A DNA stretch of 64,000 bases from Eukaryota sp. GEM-RC1 (Eukaryota). The number at the start of each line of letters is the position of its first letter. Position 1 is the stretch's first letter. The position numbers were made by a program, and so were the translations under genes. The DNA is taken from contig JAUFOQ010000013.1 of the NCBI GenBank assembly GCA_040285855.1, positions 1,860,001-1,924,000 of the forward strand, written 5' to 3'. This document shows positions 1 to 14,435 of this stretch, in pieces. Under the pieces are notes generated by a model. The model ran no database searches. It was not told the DNA's origin and saw nothing but the letters and a program-made list of their open reading frames with translations.

Positions 1-2618
1 AATGTTTAAAAACGTAAAAACGTCCTTTTCAGGAGATGAGTATTCTCAGCATTTGGATAACGTGTCTTTTGGTGATTTGGTCGTTTTGAGAATACTAATC
101 CTAATCAAACTTGATATACAAAAACGCTGTTAATTTGATATTGAAGACTTTTTAATTATTTCTCATCATTGAAACAGATTTTCGTTTATTATTGATTGGG
201 TTTACATCTTTCAAGTTGTTCGACATTGTAATATATTTTAATTCAGTACCCAAATCATTGCCTCCAAAATATAAATTTGTAAGACCAAATGAAAAATACA
301 AAATCCACACGACCAAAATATTTTTGTAAAAGAACTATTTTGTTTATTCTAAAATGGGACTTTCATTGTTGTGGAAGAACACCTCTAATTGTCTTGTCCA
401 TACACTTTTGCTTGGGCTTTTGGTTACTCTAATATGGATGTGTGCCGTTAATAACACAAGCATCATGGAGCTACTTAAGATTGTCCATTTGTCTGCAACC
501 ATAGTTGGAATAGTAGATGATTTCTTCTTCAATAAAGACCAATCATAAAATGACAATCTTTTGTACACTACTGTATGAAGACAGTATAGACATGTGGTAA
601 TCAATTTAATTTGATTTTGTATTGTTGTTGTATCACGGCCACTTGACATCATAACCATTGAGATGCTGATACTACAATCGTGTCTGTCATCGATTTCAAC
701 AAAAGAGATAACAACACCTCTACATCATCCTATGTTTACGTCTTCCATTTATCGCTTTCTATTTCTCTCTATTAGTTGAGAAACTGTACAAATTTGGTCT
801 GAAGGTTAATGTTTAAAAACGTAAAAACGTTCTTTTCAGGAGATGAGTATTCTCAGCATTGGGATATCGTGTCTTTTTGTGATTTGGTCGTTTTGAGAGA
901 TACTAATTCTAATCAAAGTTGATATACAAAAACGCTGTTAATTTGATATTGAAGACTTTTTAATTATTTCTCATCATTGAAACAGATTTTCGTTTATTAT
1001 TGATTGGGTTTACATCTTTCAAGTTGTTCGACATTGTAATATATTTTAATTCAGTACCCAAATCATTGCCTCCAAAATATAAGTTTGTAAGACCAAATGA
1101 AAAATACAAAATCCACACGACCAAAATATTTTTGTAAAAGAACTATTTTGTTTATTCTAAAATGGGACTTTCATTGTTGTGGAAGAACACCTCTAATTGT
1201 CTTGTCCATACACTTTTGCTTGGGCTTTTGGTTACTCTAATATGGATGTGTGCCGTTAATAACACAAGCATCATGGAGCTACTTAAGATTGTCCATTTGT
1301 CTGCAACCATAGTTGGAATAGTAGATGATTTCTTCTTCAATAAAGACCAATCATAAAATGACAATCTTTTGTACACTACTGTATGAAGACAGTATAGACA
1401 TGTGGTAATCAATTTAATTTGATTTTGTATTGTTGTTGTATCACGGCCACTTGACATCATAACCATTGAGATGCTGATACTACAATCGTGTCTGTCATCG
1501 ATTTCAACAAAAGAGATAACAACACCTCTACATCATCCTATGTTTACGTCTTCCATTTATCGCTTTCTATTTCTCTCTATTAGTTGAGAAACTGTACAAA
1601 TTTGGTCTGAAGGTTAATGTTTAAAAACGTAAAAACGTTCTTTTCAGGAGATGAGTATTCTCAGCATTGGGATATCGTGTCTTTTTGTGATTTGGTCGTT
1701 TTGAGAGATACTAATTCTAATCAAAGTTGATATACAAAAACGCTGTTAATTTGATATTGAAGACTTTTTTAATTATTTCTCATCATTGAAACAGATTTTC
1801 GTTTATTATTGATTGGGTTTACATCTTTCAAGTTGTTCGACATTGTAATATATTTTAATTCAGTACCCAAATCATTGCCTCCAAAATATAAGTTTGTAAG
1901 ACCAAATAAAAAATACAAAATCCACACGACCAAAATATTTTTGTAAAAGAACTATTTTGTTTATTCTAAAATGGGACTTTCATTGTTGTGGAAGAACACC
2001 TCTAATTGTGTGAAGGTTAATGTTTAAAAACGTAAAAACGTTCTTTTCAGGAGATGCGTATTCTCAGCATTGGGATATCGTGTCTTTTTGTGATTTGGTC
2101 GTTTTGAGAGATACTAATTCTAATCAAAGTTGATACACAAAACGCTGTTAGTTTGATATTGAAGACATTTTAATTATTTCTCATCATTGAAACAGATTTT
2201 CGTTTATTATTGATTGGGTTTACATCTTTCAAGTTGTTCGACATTGTAATATATTTTAATTCAGTACCCAAATCATTGCCTCCAAAATATAAGTTTGTAA
2301 GACCAAATGAAAAATACAAAATCCACACGACCAAAATATTTTTGTAAAAGAACTATTTTGTTTATTCTAAAATGGGACTTTCATTGTTGTGGAAGAACAC
2401 CTCTAATTGTCTTGTCCATACACTTTTGCTTGGGCTTTTGGTTACTCTAATATGGATGTGTGCCGTTAATAACACAAGCATCATGGAGCTACTTAAGATT
2501 GTCCATTTGTCTGCAACCATAGTTGGAATAGTAGATGATTTCTTCTTCAATAAAGACCAATCATAAAATGACAATCTTTTGTACACTACTGTATGAAGAC
2601 AGTATAGACATGTGGTAA

Positions 2619-3399
2619 ACTCTCAACAACCAAGACCTTTTGGTTTACATTTGAACAATGATGCTTGGAAGCAATATATGCGTCTTAGGTTTATTCCCTA
2701 GTGGTTTGCTAAATAATTCAATCTGTGTTTGCGATAACCGAGCTACAGCCACATTTCATCATGTTGTTAGTTGCAAGAAATTTTTGCAATTTCGATCTGT
2801 TCTACATAACACTGATCGTGATGTTACTTATGAAATGTTCAAATCCTACAATTATAGTTGTAAAATTGAACCTCTTCTGAAACATTATAGTGACAATAAC
2901 GTGTTTGATTCTCGGCGTGGTGACTTAATTGCTCCTTTCCTGGATTCATCTCAAGTTGTGGTTGATTTTACTACAGTTGACCCGTTTGCAAAAGTCTACC
3001 AAGACTCCATATTGAATGATTCGAATGGTCATCTGGAAAAGGCTGAACAACGAAAGTGTTCAAATTATGCGGATGTTTTGCAGAAGCTAAATGAAAATCT
3101 ATATTCAAAGTTTTCATTTGTTCCATTTGCCATTTCATTTTTTGGTAATATTGGTCCAGCCGGTTTAAAGTTTTTCAGTGATTTTAGTCTTTTATGTCGT
3201 TCTAATGGCAAGGTGTTTAATAGCGCTGTATGGATTAATCGAATTATGTTCGCTCTTTATAGAAGCATTCCCAAGTATTTATGTTCCATTTATTCGAAGT
3301 TGTATAGGGACAATTCTCGTGTTGATGTGGAGAATTTAGCTTCTTTCATTTTCTGAATTAGTATGTATTAATTTATTGTTGAAGATAATCTTTTTGTAT
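2619..3399 (+). mobile_element. Family A 5'-truncated non-LTR retrotransposon (CCHC + RLE), copy 1
   Basis: Flanked by 9-bp TSD ATGTGGTAA (2610-2618 and 3400-3408), which is single-copy in uninterrupted monomers; encodes RLE motifs. Confidence 0.92.
2658..3356 (+). pseudogene. C-terminal fragment of non-LTR ORF: zinc knuckle + restriction-like endonuclease (A1)
   Basis: CVC-x8-HVVSC knuckle, RSVLHN, KIEP, RRGDL, VVDFTTVD, AEQRKCSNY, FVPFAISFFG. No RT domain. The native upstream frame (SQQPRPFGLHLNNDAWKQYMRLR) is frameshifted, so the track's Met is not a native start. Confidence 0.85.
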
Positions 3400-5030
3400 A
3401 TGTGGTAATCAATTTTATTTGATTTTGAATTGTTGTTGTACCACGGCCACTTGACATCATAACCATTGAGATGATGATACTACAATCCCGTCTGTCATCG
3501 ATTTTAACAAGAGATAACAACACCTCTACATCATCCTATTTTTACGTCTTCCATTTATCGCTTTCTATTTCTCTCCATTAGTTGAGAAACTGTACAAATT
3601 TGGTGTGAAGGTTAATGTTTGAAAACGCAAAAACGTCCTTTTTAGGAGATGAGTATTCTCAGCATTGGGATATCGTGTCTTTTTTGTGATTTGGTCGTTT
3701 TGAGAGATACTAATTCTAATCAAAGTTGATACACAAAACGCTGTTAGTTTGATATTGAAGACATTTTAATTAGTTCTCATCATTGAAAAAGATTTTCTTT
3801 TATTATTGATTGGGTTTACATCTTTGACATCTTTCAAGTTGTTCGACATTTTAATATATTTTAATTCAGTACCCAAATCAGTGCCTCCAAAATATAAATT
3901 TGTAAGACCAAATGAAAAATACAAAATCCACACGACTAAATTATTTTTGTAAAAGAATTATTTTGTTTATTCTAAAATGGGAGTTTCATTGTTGTGGAAG
4001 AACGCTTCTAATTGTCTTGTCCATACACTTTTGCTTGGGCTTTTGGTTATTCTAATATGGATGTGTGCCGTTAATAACACAAGCATCATGGAGCTACTTA
4101 AGATTGTCCACTTGTCTGCAACCATAGTTGGAATAGTAGATGATTTCTTCTTCAATAAAGACCAATCATAAAATGAAAATCTTTTGTACACTACTGTATG
4201 AAGACAGTATAGACATGTGGTAATCAAATTTTTTGATTTTGTATTGTTGTTGTATCACGGCCACTTGACATCATAACCATTGAGATGCTGATACTACAAT
4301 CGTGTCTGTCATCGATTTTAACAAAAGAGATAACAACACCTCTACATCATCCTATGTTTACGTCTTCCATTTATCGCTTTCTATTTCTCTCTATTAGTTG
4401 AGAAACTGTACAAATTTGGTGTGAAGGTTGATGTTTAAAAACGTAAAAACGTTCTTTTCAGGAGATGAGTATTCTCAGCATTGGGATATCGTGTCTTTTT
4501 GTGATTTGGTCGTTTTGAGAGATACTAATTCTAATCAAAGTTGATATACAAAAACGCTGTTAGTTTGATATTGAAGACATTTTAATTATTTCTCATCATT
4601 GGAAACAGATTTTCGTTTATTATTGATTGGGTTTACATCTTTCAAGTTGTTCGACATTGTAATATATTTTAATTCAGTACCCAAATCATTGCCTCCAAAA
4701 TATAAGTTTGTAAGACCAAATGAAAAATACAAAATCCACACGACCAAAATATTTTTGTAAAGAACTATTTTGTTTATTCTAAAATGGGACTTTCATTGTT
4801 GTGGAAAAACACTTCTAATTGTCTTGTCCATACACTTTTGCTTGGGCTTTTGGTTACTCTAATATGGATGTGTGCCGTCAGTAACACAAGCATCATGGAG
4901 CTACTTAAGATTGTCCACTTGTCTGCAACCATAGTTGGAATAGTAGATGATTTCTTCTCCAATATAGACCAATCATAAAATGACAATCTTCTGTACACTA
5001 CTGTATGAAGACAGTATAGACATGTGGTAA

Positions 5031-5811
5031 ACTCTCAACAACCAAGACCTTTTGGTTTACATTTGAACAATGATGCTTGGAAGCAAAATATGCGTCTTAG
5101 GTTTATTCCCTAGTGGTTTGCTAAATAATTCAATCTGTGTTTGCGATAACCGAGCTACAGCCACATTTCGTCATGTTGTTAGTTGCAAGAAATTTTTGCA
5201 ATTTCGATCTGTTCTACATAACACTGATCGTGATGTTACTTATGAAATGTTCAAATCCTACAATTATAGTTGTAAAATTGAACCTCTTCTGAAACATTAT
5301 AGTGACAATAACGTGTTTGATTCTCGGCGTGGTGACTTAATTGCTCCTTTCCTGGATTCATCTCAAGTTGTGGTTGATTTTACTACAGTTGACCCGTTTG
5401 CAAAAGTCTACCAAGACTCCATATTGAATGATTCGAATGGTCATCTGGAAAAGGCTGAACAACGAAAGTGTTCAAATTATGCGGATGTTTTGCAGAAGCT
5501 AAATGAAAATCTATATTCAAAGTTTTCATTTGTTCCATTTGCCATTTCATTTTTTGGTAATATTGGTCCAGCCGGTTTAAAGTTTTTCAGTGATTTTAGT
5601 CTTTTATGTCGTTCTAATGGCAAGGTGTTTAATAGCACTGTATGGATTAATCGAATTATGTTCGCTCTTTATAGAAGCATTCCCAAGTATTTATGTTCCA
5701 TTTATTCGAAGTTGTATAGGGACAATTCTCGTGTTGATGTGGAGAATTTAGCTTCTTTCATTTTCTGAATTAGTATGTATTAATTTATTGTTGAAAATAA
5801 TCTTTTTGTAT
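5031..5811 (+). mobile_element. Family A non-LTR RLE remnant, copy 2 (ORF 5070-5768)
   Basis: TSD ATGTGGTAA at 5022-5030 and 5812-5820; same breakpoints as copy 1; 232-aa ORF. Confidence 0.92.
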
Positions 5812-8800
5812 ATGTGGTAATCAATTTTATTTGATTTTGTATTGTTGTTGTATCACGGCCACTTGACATCATAACCATTGAGATGCTGATACTACAATCG
5901 TGTCTGTCATCGATTTTAACAAAGAGATAACAACACCTCTACATCATCCTATGTTTACGTCTTCCATTTATCGCTTTCTATTTCTCTCTATTAGTTGAGA
6001 AACTGTACAAATTTGGTGTGAAGGTTAATGTTTAAAAACGTAAAAACGTCCTTATTAGGAGATGAGTATTCTCAGCATTGGGATATCGTGTCTTTTTGTG
6101 ATTTGGTCGTTTTGAGAGATACTAATCCTAATCAAAGTTGATACACATAACGCTGTTTGTTTGATATTGTAGACATTTTAATTAGTTCTCATCATTGAAA
6201 AGATTTTCTTTTATTATTGATTGGGTTTACATCTTTGACATCTTTCAAGTTGTTCGACATTTTTGTATACTTATATTTTGTATCCAAATCATTGCCTCCA
6301 AAATATAAATTTGTAAGACCAAATGAAAAATACACTACTGTATGAAGACAGTAAAGACATGTGGTAATCATTTTTTGACTCTGTATTGTTGTTGTATCAC
6401 AACCACTTGACATCATAACCATTGAGATGTTGATACTACAATCGCGTCTGTCATCGAATTTAACAAAAGAGATAACAACACCTCTACATCATCCTATTCT
6501 TACGTCTTCCATTTATCGCTTTCTATTTCTCTCCATTAGTTGAGAAACTGTACAAATTTGGTGTGAAGGTTAATGTTGAAAAACGTAAAAACGTCCTTTT
6601 CAGGAGATGAGTGTTCTCAGCATTGGGATATCGTGTCTTTTTGTGATTTGGTCGTTTTGAGAGATACTAATCCTAATCAAAGTTGATACACATAACGCTG
6701 TTAGTTTGATATTGAAGACATTTTAATTAGTTCTCATCATTGAAAAAGATTTTCGTTTATTATTGATTGGGTTTACATCTTTCAAGTTGTTCGACATTGT
6801 AATATATTTTAATTCAGTACCCAAATCATTGCCTCCAAAATATAAGGTTGTAAGACCAAATGAAAAATACAAAATCCACACGACCAAAATATTTTTGTAA
6901 AAGAACTATTTTGTTTATTCTAAAATGGGACTTTCATTGTTGTGGAAGAACACCTCTAATTGTCTTGTCCATACACTTTTGCTTGGGCTTTTGGTTACTC
7001 TAATATGGATGTGTGCCGTTAATAACACAAGCATCATGGAGCTACTTAAGATTGTCCATTTGTCTGCAACCATAGTTGGAATAGTAGATGATTTCTTCTT
7101 CAATAAAGACCAATCATAAAATGACAATCTTTTGTACACTACTGTATGAAGACAGTATAGACATGTGGCAATCAATTTAATTTGATTTTTGTATTGTTGT
7201 TGTATCACGGCCACTTGACATCATAACCATTGAGATGCTGATACTACAATCGCGTCTGTCATCGATTTTAACAAAAGAGATAACAACACCTCTACATCAT
7301 CCTATGTTTACGTCTTCCATTTATCGCTTTCTATTTCTCTCTATTAGTTGAGAAACTGTACAAATTTGGTGTGAAGGTTAATGTTTAAAAACGTAAAAAC
7401 GTTCTTTTCAGGAGATGAGTATTCTCAGCATTGGGATATCGTGTCTTTTTGTGATTTGGTCGTTTTGAGAGATACTAATTCTAATCAAAGTTGATATACA
7501 AAAACGCTGTTAATTTGATATTGAAGACTTTTTAATTATTTCTCATCATTGGAAACAGATTTTCGTTTATTATTGATTGGGTTTACATCTTTCAAGTTGT
7601 TCGACATTGTAATATATTTTAATTCAGTACCCAAATCATTGCCTCCAAAATATAAGTTTGTAAGACCAAATAAAAAATACAAAATCCACACGACCAAAAT
7701 ATTTTTGTAAAAGAACTATTTTGTTTATTCTAAAATGGGACTTTCATTGTTGTGGAAGAACACCTCTAATTGTCTTGTCCATACACTTTTGCTTGGGCTT
7801 TTGGTTACTCTAATATGGATGTGTGCCGTTAATAACACAAGCATCATGGAGCTACTTAAGATTGTCCATTTGTCTGCAACCATAGTTGGAATAGTAGATG
7901 ATTTCTTCTTCAATAAAGACCAATCATAAAATGACAATCTTTTGTACACTACTGTATGAAGACAGTATAGACATGTGGTAATCAATTTAATTTGATTTTG
8001 TATTGTTGTTGTATCACGGCCACTTGACATCATAACCATTGAGATGCTGATACTACAATCGTGTCTGTCATCGATTTCAACAAAAGAGATAACAACACCT
8101 CTACATCATCCTATGTTTACGTCTTCCATTTATCGCTTTCTATTTCTCTCTATTAGTTGAGAAACTGTACAAATTTGGTCTGAAGGTTAATGTTTAAAAA
8201 CGTAAAAACGTTCTTTTCAGGAGATGAGTATTCTCAGCATTGGGATATCGTGTCTTTTTGTGATTTGGTCGTTTTGAGAGATACTAATTCTAATCAAAGT
8301 TGATATACAAAAACGCTGTTAATTTGATATTGAAGACTTTTTTAATTATTTCTCATCATTGAAACAGATTTTCGTTTATTATTGATTGGGTTTACATCTT
8401 TCAAGTTGTTCGACATTGTAATATATTTTAATTCAGTACCCAAATCATTGCCTCCAAAATATAAGTTTGTAAGACCAAATGAAAAATACAAAATCCACAC
8501 GACCAAAATATTTTTGTAAAAGAACTATTTTGTTTATTCTAAAATGGGACTTTCATTGTTGTGGAAGAACACCTCTAATTGTCTTGTCCATACACTTTTG
8601 CTTGGGCTTTTGGTTACTCTAATATGGATGTGTGCCGTTAATAACACAAGCATCATGGAGCTACTTAAGATTGTCCATTTGTCTGCAACCATAGTTGGAA
8701 TAGTAGATGATTTCTTCTTCAATAAAGACCAATCATAAAATGACAATCTTTTGTACACTACTGTATGAAGACAGTATAGACATGTGGTAATCAATTTAAT

Positions 8801-9597
8801 TTGATTTTGTATTGTTGTTGTATCACGGCCACTTGACATCATAACCATTGAGATGCTGATACTACAATCGCGTCTGTCATCGATTTTAACAAAAGAGATA
8901 ACAACACCTCTACATCATCCTATGTTTACGTCTTCCATTTATCGCTTTCTATTTCTCTCTATTAGTTGAGAAACTGTACAAATTTGGTGTGAAGGTTAAT
9001 GTTTAAAAACGTAAAAACGTTCTTTTCAGGAGATGAGTATTCTCAGCATTGGGATATCGTGTCTTTTTGTGATTTGGTCGTTTTGAGAGATACTAATTCT
9101 AATCAAAGTTGATACACAAAACGCTGTTAGTTTGATATTGAAGACATTTTAATTATTTCTCATCATTGAAACAGATTTTCGTTTATTATTGATTGGGTTT
9201 ACATCTTTCAAGTTGTTCGACATTGTAATATATTTTAATTCAGTACCCAAATCATTGCCTCCAAAATATAAGTTTGTAAGACCAAATGAAAAATACAAAA
9301 TCCACACGACCAAAATATTTTTGTAAAAGAACTATTTTGTTTATTCTAAAATGGGACTTTCATTGTTGTGGAAGAACACCTCTAATTGTCTTGTCCATAC
9401 ACTTTTGCTTGGGCTTTTGGTTACTCTAATATGGATGTGTGCCGTTAATAACACAAGCATCATGGAGCTACTTAAGATTGTCCATTTGTCTGCAACCATA
9501 GTTGGAATAGTAGATGATTTCTTCTTCAATAAAGACCAATCATAAAATGACAATCTTTTGTACACTACTGTATGAAGACAGTATAGACATGTGGTAA

Positions 9598-10376
9598 ACT
9601 CTCAACAACCAAGACCTTTTGGTTTACATTTGAACAATGATGCTTGGAAGCAATATATGCGTCTTAGGTTTATTCCCTAGTGGTTTGCTAAATAATTCAA
9701 TCTGTGTTTGCGATAACCGAGCTACAGCCACATTTCATCATGTTGTTAGTTGCAAGAAATTTTTGCAATTTCGATCTGTTCTACATAACACTGATCGTGA
9801 TGTTACTTATGAAATGTTCAAATCCTACAATTATAGTTGTAAAATTGAACCTCTTCTGAAACATTATAGTGACAATAACGTGTTTGATTCTCGGCGTGGT
9901 GACTTAATTGCTCCTTTCCTGGATTCATCTCAAGTTGTGGTTGATTTTACTACAGTTGACCCGTTTGCAAAAGTCTACCAAGACTCCATATTGAATGATT
10001 CGAATGGTCATCTGGAAAAGGCTGAACAACGAAAGTGTTCAAATTATGCGGATGTTTTGCAGAAGCTAAATGAAAATCTATATTCAAAGTTTTCATTTGT
10101 TCCATTTGCCATTTCATTTTTGGTAATATTGGTCCAGCCGGTTTAAAGTTTTTCAGTGATTTTAGTCTTTTATGTCGTTCTAATGGCAAGGTGTTTAATA
10201 GCGCTGTATGGATTAATCGAATTATGTTCGCTCTTTATAGAAGCATTCCCAAGTATTTATGTTCCATTTATTCGAAGTTGTATAGGGACAATTCTCGTGT
10301 TGATGTGGAGAATTTAGCTTCTTTCATTTTCTGAATTAGTATGTATTAATTTATTGTTGAAGATAATCTTTTGTAT
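9598..10376 (+). mobile_element. Family A non-LTR RLE remnant, copy 3 (frameshifted in a T-run near 10120)
   Basis: TSD ATGTGGTAA at 9589-9597 and 10377-10385; ORF 9637-10146 is cut short by a 1-T deletion. Confidence 0.92.
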
Positions 10377-12015
10377 ATGTGGTAATCAATTTTATTTGAT
10401 TTTGAATTGTTGTTGTACCACGGCCACTTGACATCATAACCATTGAGATGATGATACTACAATCCCGTCTGTCATCGATTTTAACAAGAGATAACAACAC
10501 CTCTACATCATCCTATTTTTACGTCTTCCATTTATCGCTTTCTATTTCTCTCCATTAGTTGAGAAACTGTACAAATTTGGTGTGAAGGTTAATGTTTGAA
10601 AACGCAAAAACGTCCTTTTTAGGAGATGAGTATTCTCAGCATTGGGATATCGTGTCTTTTTGTGATTTGGTCGTTTTGAGAGATACTAATCCTAATCAAA
10701 GTTGATACACATAACGCTGTTAGTTTGATATTGAAGACATTTTAATTAGTTCTCATCATTGAAAAAGATTTTCTTTTATTATTGATTGGGTTTACATCTT
10801 TGACATCTTTCAAGTTGTTCGACATTTTAATATATTTTAATTCAGTACCCAAATCAGTGCCTCCAAAATATAAATTTGTAAGACCAAATGAAAAATACAA
10901 AATCCACACGACTAAATTATTTTTGTAAAAGAATTATTTTGTTTATTCTAAAATGGGAGTTTCATTGTTGTGGAAGAACGCTTCTAATTGTCTTGTCCAT
11001 ACACTTTTGCTTGGGCTTTTGGTTATTCTAATATGGATGTGTGCCGTTAATAACACAAGCATCATGGAGCTACTTAAGATTGTCCACTTGTCTGCAACCA
11101 TAGTTGGAATAGTAGATGATTTCTTCTTCAATAAAGACCAATCATAAAATGAAAATCTTTTGTACACTACTGTATGAAGACAGTATAGACATGTGGTAAT
11201 CAAATTTTTTGATTTTGTATTGTTGTTGTATCACGGCCACTTGACATCATAACCATTGAGATGCTGATACTACAATCGTGTCTGTCATCGATTTTAACAA
11301 AAGAGATAACAACACCTCTACATCATCCTATGTTTACGTCTTCCATTTATCGCTTTCTATTTCTCTCTATTAGTTGAGAAACTGTACAAATTTGGTGTGA
11401 AGGTTGATGTTTAAAAACGTAAAAACGTTCTTTTCAGGAGATGAGTATTCTCAGCATTGGGATATCGTGTCTTTTTTGTGATTTGGTCGTTTTGAGAGAT
11501 ACTAATTCTAACCAAAGTTGATATACAAAAACGCTGTTAGTTTGATATTGAAGACATTTTAATTAGTTCTCATCATTGAAAAGATTTTATTTTTTATTTT
11601 TGATTGGGTTTACATCTTTGACATCTTTCAAGTTGTTCGACATTTTTGTATACTTATATTTTGTATCCAAATCATTGCCTCCAAAATATAAATTTGTGAG
11701 ACCAAATGAAAATACAAAATCCACACGACCAAAATATTTTTGTAAAGAACTATTTTGTTTATTCTAAAATGGGACTTTCATTGTTGTGGAAAAACACTTC
11801 TAATTGTCTTGTCCATACACTTTTGCTTGGGCTTTTGGTTACTCTAATATGGATGTGTGCCGTCAGTAACACAAGCATCATGGAGCTACTTAAGATTGTC
11901 CACTTGTCTGCAACCATAGTTGGAATAGTAGATGATTTCTTCTCCAATATAGACCAATCATAAAATGACAATCTTCTGTACACTACTGTATGAAGACAGT
12001 ATAGACATGTGGTAA

Positions 12016-12797
12016 ACTCTCAACAACCAAGACCTTTTGGTTTACATTTGAACAATGATGCTTGGAAGCAATATATGCGTCTTAGGTTTATTCCCTAGTG
12101 GTTTGCTAAATAATTCAATCTGTGTTTGCGATAACCGAGCTACAGCCACATTTCGTCATGTTGTTAGTTGCAAGAAATTTTTGCAATTTCGATCTGTTCT
12201 ACATAACACTGATCGTGATGTTACTTATGAAATGTTCAAATCCTACAATTATAGTTGTAAAATTGAACCTCTTCTGAAACATTATAGTGACAATAACGTG
12301 TTTGATTCTCGGCGTGGTGACTTAATTGCTCCTTTCCTAAATTCATCTCAAGTTGTGGTTGATTTTACTACAGTTGACCCGTTTGCAAAAGTCTACCAAG
12401 ACTCCATATTGAATGATTCGAATGGTCATCTGGAAAAGGCTGAACAACGAAAGTGTTCAAATTATGCGGATGTTTTGCAGAAGCTAAATGAAAATCTATA
12501 TTCAAAGTTTTCATTTGTTCCATTTGCCATTTCATTTTTTTGGTAATATTGGTCCAGCCGGTTTAAAGTTTTTCAGTGATTTTAGTCTTTTATGTCGTTC
12601 TAATGGTAAGGTGTTTAATAGCGCTGTATGGATTAATCGAATTATGTTCGCTCTTTATAGAAGCATTCCCAAGTATTTATGTTCCATTTATTCGAAGTTG
12701 TATAGGGACAATTCTCGTGTTGATGTGGAGAATTTAGCTTCTTTCATTTTCTGAATTAGTATGTATTAATTTATTGTTGAAGATAATCTTTTTGTAT
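12016..12797 (+). mobile_element. Family A non-LTR RLE remnant, copy 4 (frameshifted in a T-run near 12540)
   Basis: TSD ATGTGGTAA at 12007-12015 and 12798-12806; ORFs 12055-12546 and 12488-12754 are split by a 1-T insertion. Confidence 0.92.
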
Positions 12798-14435
12798 ATG
12801 TGGTAATCAATTTTATTTGATTTTGAATTGTTGTTGTATCACGGCCACTTGACATCATAACCATTGAGATGATGATACTACAATCCCGTCTGTCATCGAT
12901 TTTAACAAGAGATAACAACACCTCTACATCATCCTATTTTTACGTCTTCCATTTATCGCTTTCTCTTTCTCTCCATTAGTTGAGAAACTGTACAAATTTG
13001 GTGTGAAGGTTAATGTTTGAAAACGTAAAAACGTCCTTTTTAGGAGATGAGTATTCTCAGCATTGGGATATCGTGTCTTTTTGTGATTTGGTCGTTTTGA
13101 GAGATACTAATCCTAATCAAAGTTGATACACATAACGCTGTTAGTTTGATATTGAAGACATTTTAATTAGTTCTCATCATTGAAAAGATTTTCTTTTATT
13201 ATTGATTGGGTTAACATCTTTGACATCTTTCAAGTTGTTCGACATTTTAATATATTTTAATTCAGTACCCAAATCAGTGCCTCCAAAATATAAATTTGTA
13301 AGACCAAATGAAAAATACAAAATCCACACGACTAAATTATTTTTGTAAAAGAATTATTTTGTTTATTCTAAAATGGGAGTTTCATTGTTGTGGAAGAACG
13401 CTTCTAATTGTCTTGTCCATACACTTTTGCTTGGGCTTTTGGTTATTCTAATATGGATGTGTGCCGTTAATAACACAAGCATCATGGAGCTACTTAAGAT
13501 TGTCCACTTGTCTGCAACCATAGTTGGAATAGTAGATGATTTCTTCTTCAATAAAGACCAATCATAAAATGAAAATCTTTTGTACACTACTGTATGAAGA
13601 CAGTATAGACATGTGGTAATCAAATTTTTTGATTTTGTATTGTTGTTGTATCACGGCCACTTGACATCATAACCATTGAGATGCTGATACTACAATCGTG
13701 TCTGTCATCGATTTTAACAAAAGAGATAACAACACCTCTACATCATCCTATGTTTACGTCTTCCATTTATCGCTTTCTATTTCTCTCTATTAGTTGAGAA
13801 ACTGTACAAATTTGGTGTGAAGGTTGATGTTTAAAAACGTAAAAACGTTCTTTTCAGGAGATGAGTATTCTCAGCATTGGGATATCGTGTCTTTTTGTGA
13901 TTTGGTCGTTTTGAGAGATACTAATTCTAATCAAAGTTGATATACAAAAACGCTGTTAGTTTGATATTGAAGACATTTTAATTAGTTCTCATCATTGAAA
14001 AGATTTTATTTTTTATTTTTGATTGGGTTTACATCTTTGACATCTTTCAAGTTGTTCGACATTTTTATATACTTATATTCAGTATCCAAATCGTTGCCTC
14101 CAGAATATAAATTTGTGAGACCAAATGAAAAATACAAAATCCACACGACCAAAATATTTTTGTAAAGAACTATTTTGTTTATTCTAAAATGGGACTTTCG
14201 TTGTTGTGGAAAAACACTTCTAATTGTCTTGTCCATACACTTTTGCTTGGGCTTTTGGTTACTCTAATATGGATGTGTGCCGTCAGTAACACAAGCATCA
14301 TGGAGCTACTTAAGATTGTCCACTTGTCTGCAACCATAGTTGGAATAGTAGATGATTTCTTCTCCAATATAGACCAATCATAAAATGACAATCTTCTGTA
14401 CACTACTGTATGAAGACAGTATAGACATGTGGTAA

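Noticed and set aside
344..658. Recurrent 64-aa (+) and 74-104-aa (-) ORFs as a tandem small-protein gene family
   Set aside because: They overlap on opposite strands, have no recognisable motif, vary in start and length with homopolymer indels, carry stops in many monomers (e.g. AATTGA), and are deleted in the short monomers.
770..815. Spliced-leader, snRNA or 5S gene array (usual targets of CRE/NeSL elements); noticed GAAG|GTTAAT, Sm-like AATTTTTG and ACGGCCA
   Set aside because: The putative donor lies inside the retroelement-derived segment, and I see no recognisable SL, 5S, tRNA or U-snRNA sequence. A divergent ncRNA cannot be fully excluded without Infernal or RNA data.
2658..3356. Family-A 232-aa ORF as a domesticated stand-alone nuclease gene
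   Set aside because: The start Met comes from an out-of-frame segment after 5' truncation, no promoter is evident, and the copies are too similar to show selection.
10110..12545. Frameshifts in A3/A4 (and many in the gypsy copies) as biological or programmed events
   Set aside because: They are 1-base gains or losses in homopolymers that differ between near-identical copies, consistent with long-read consensus error or slippage.
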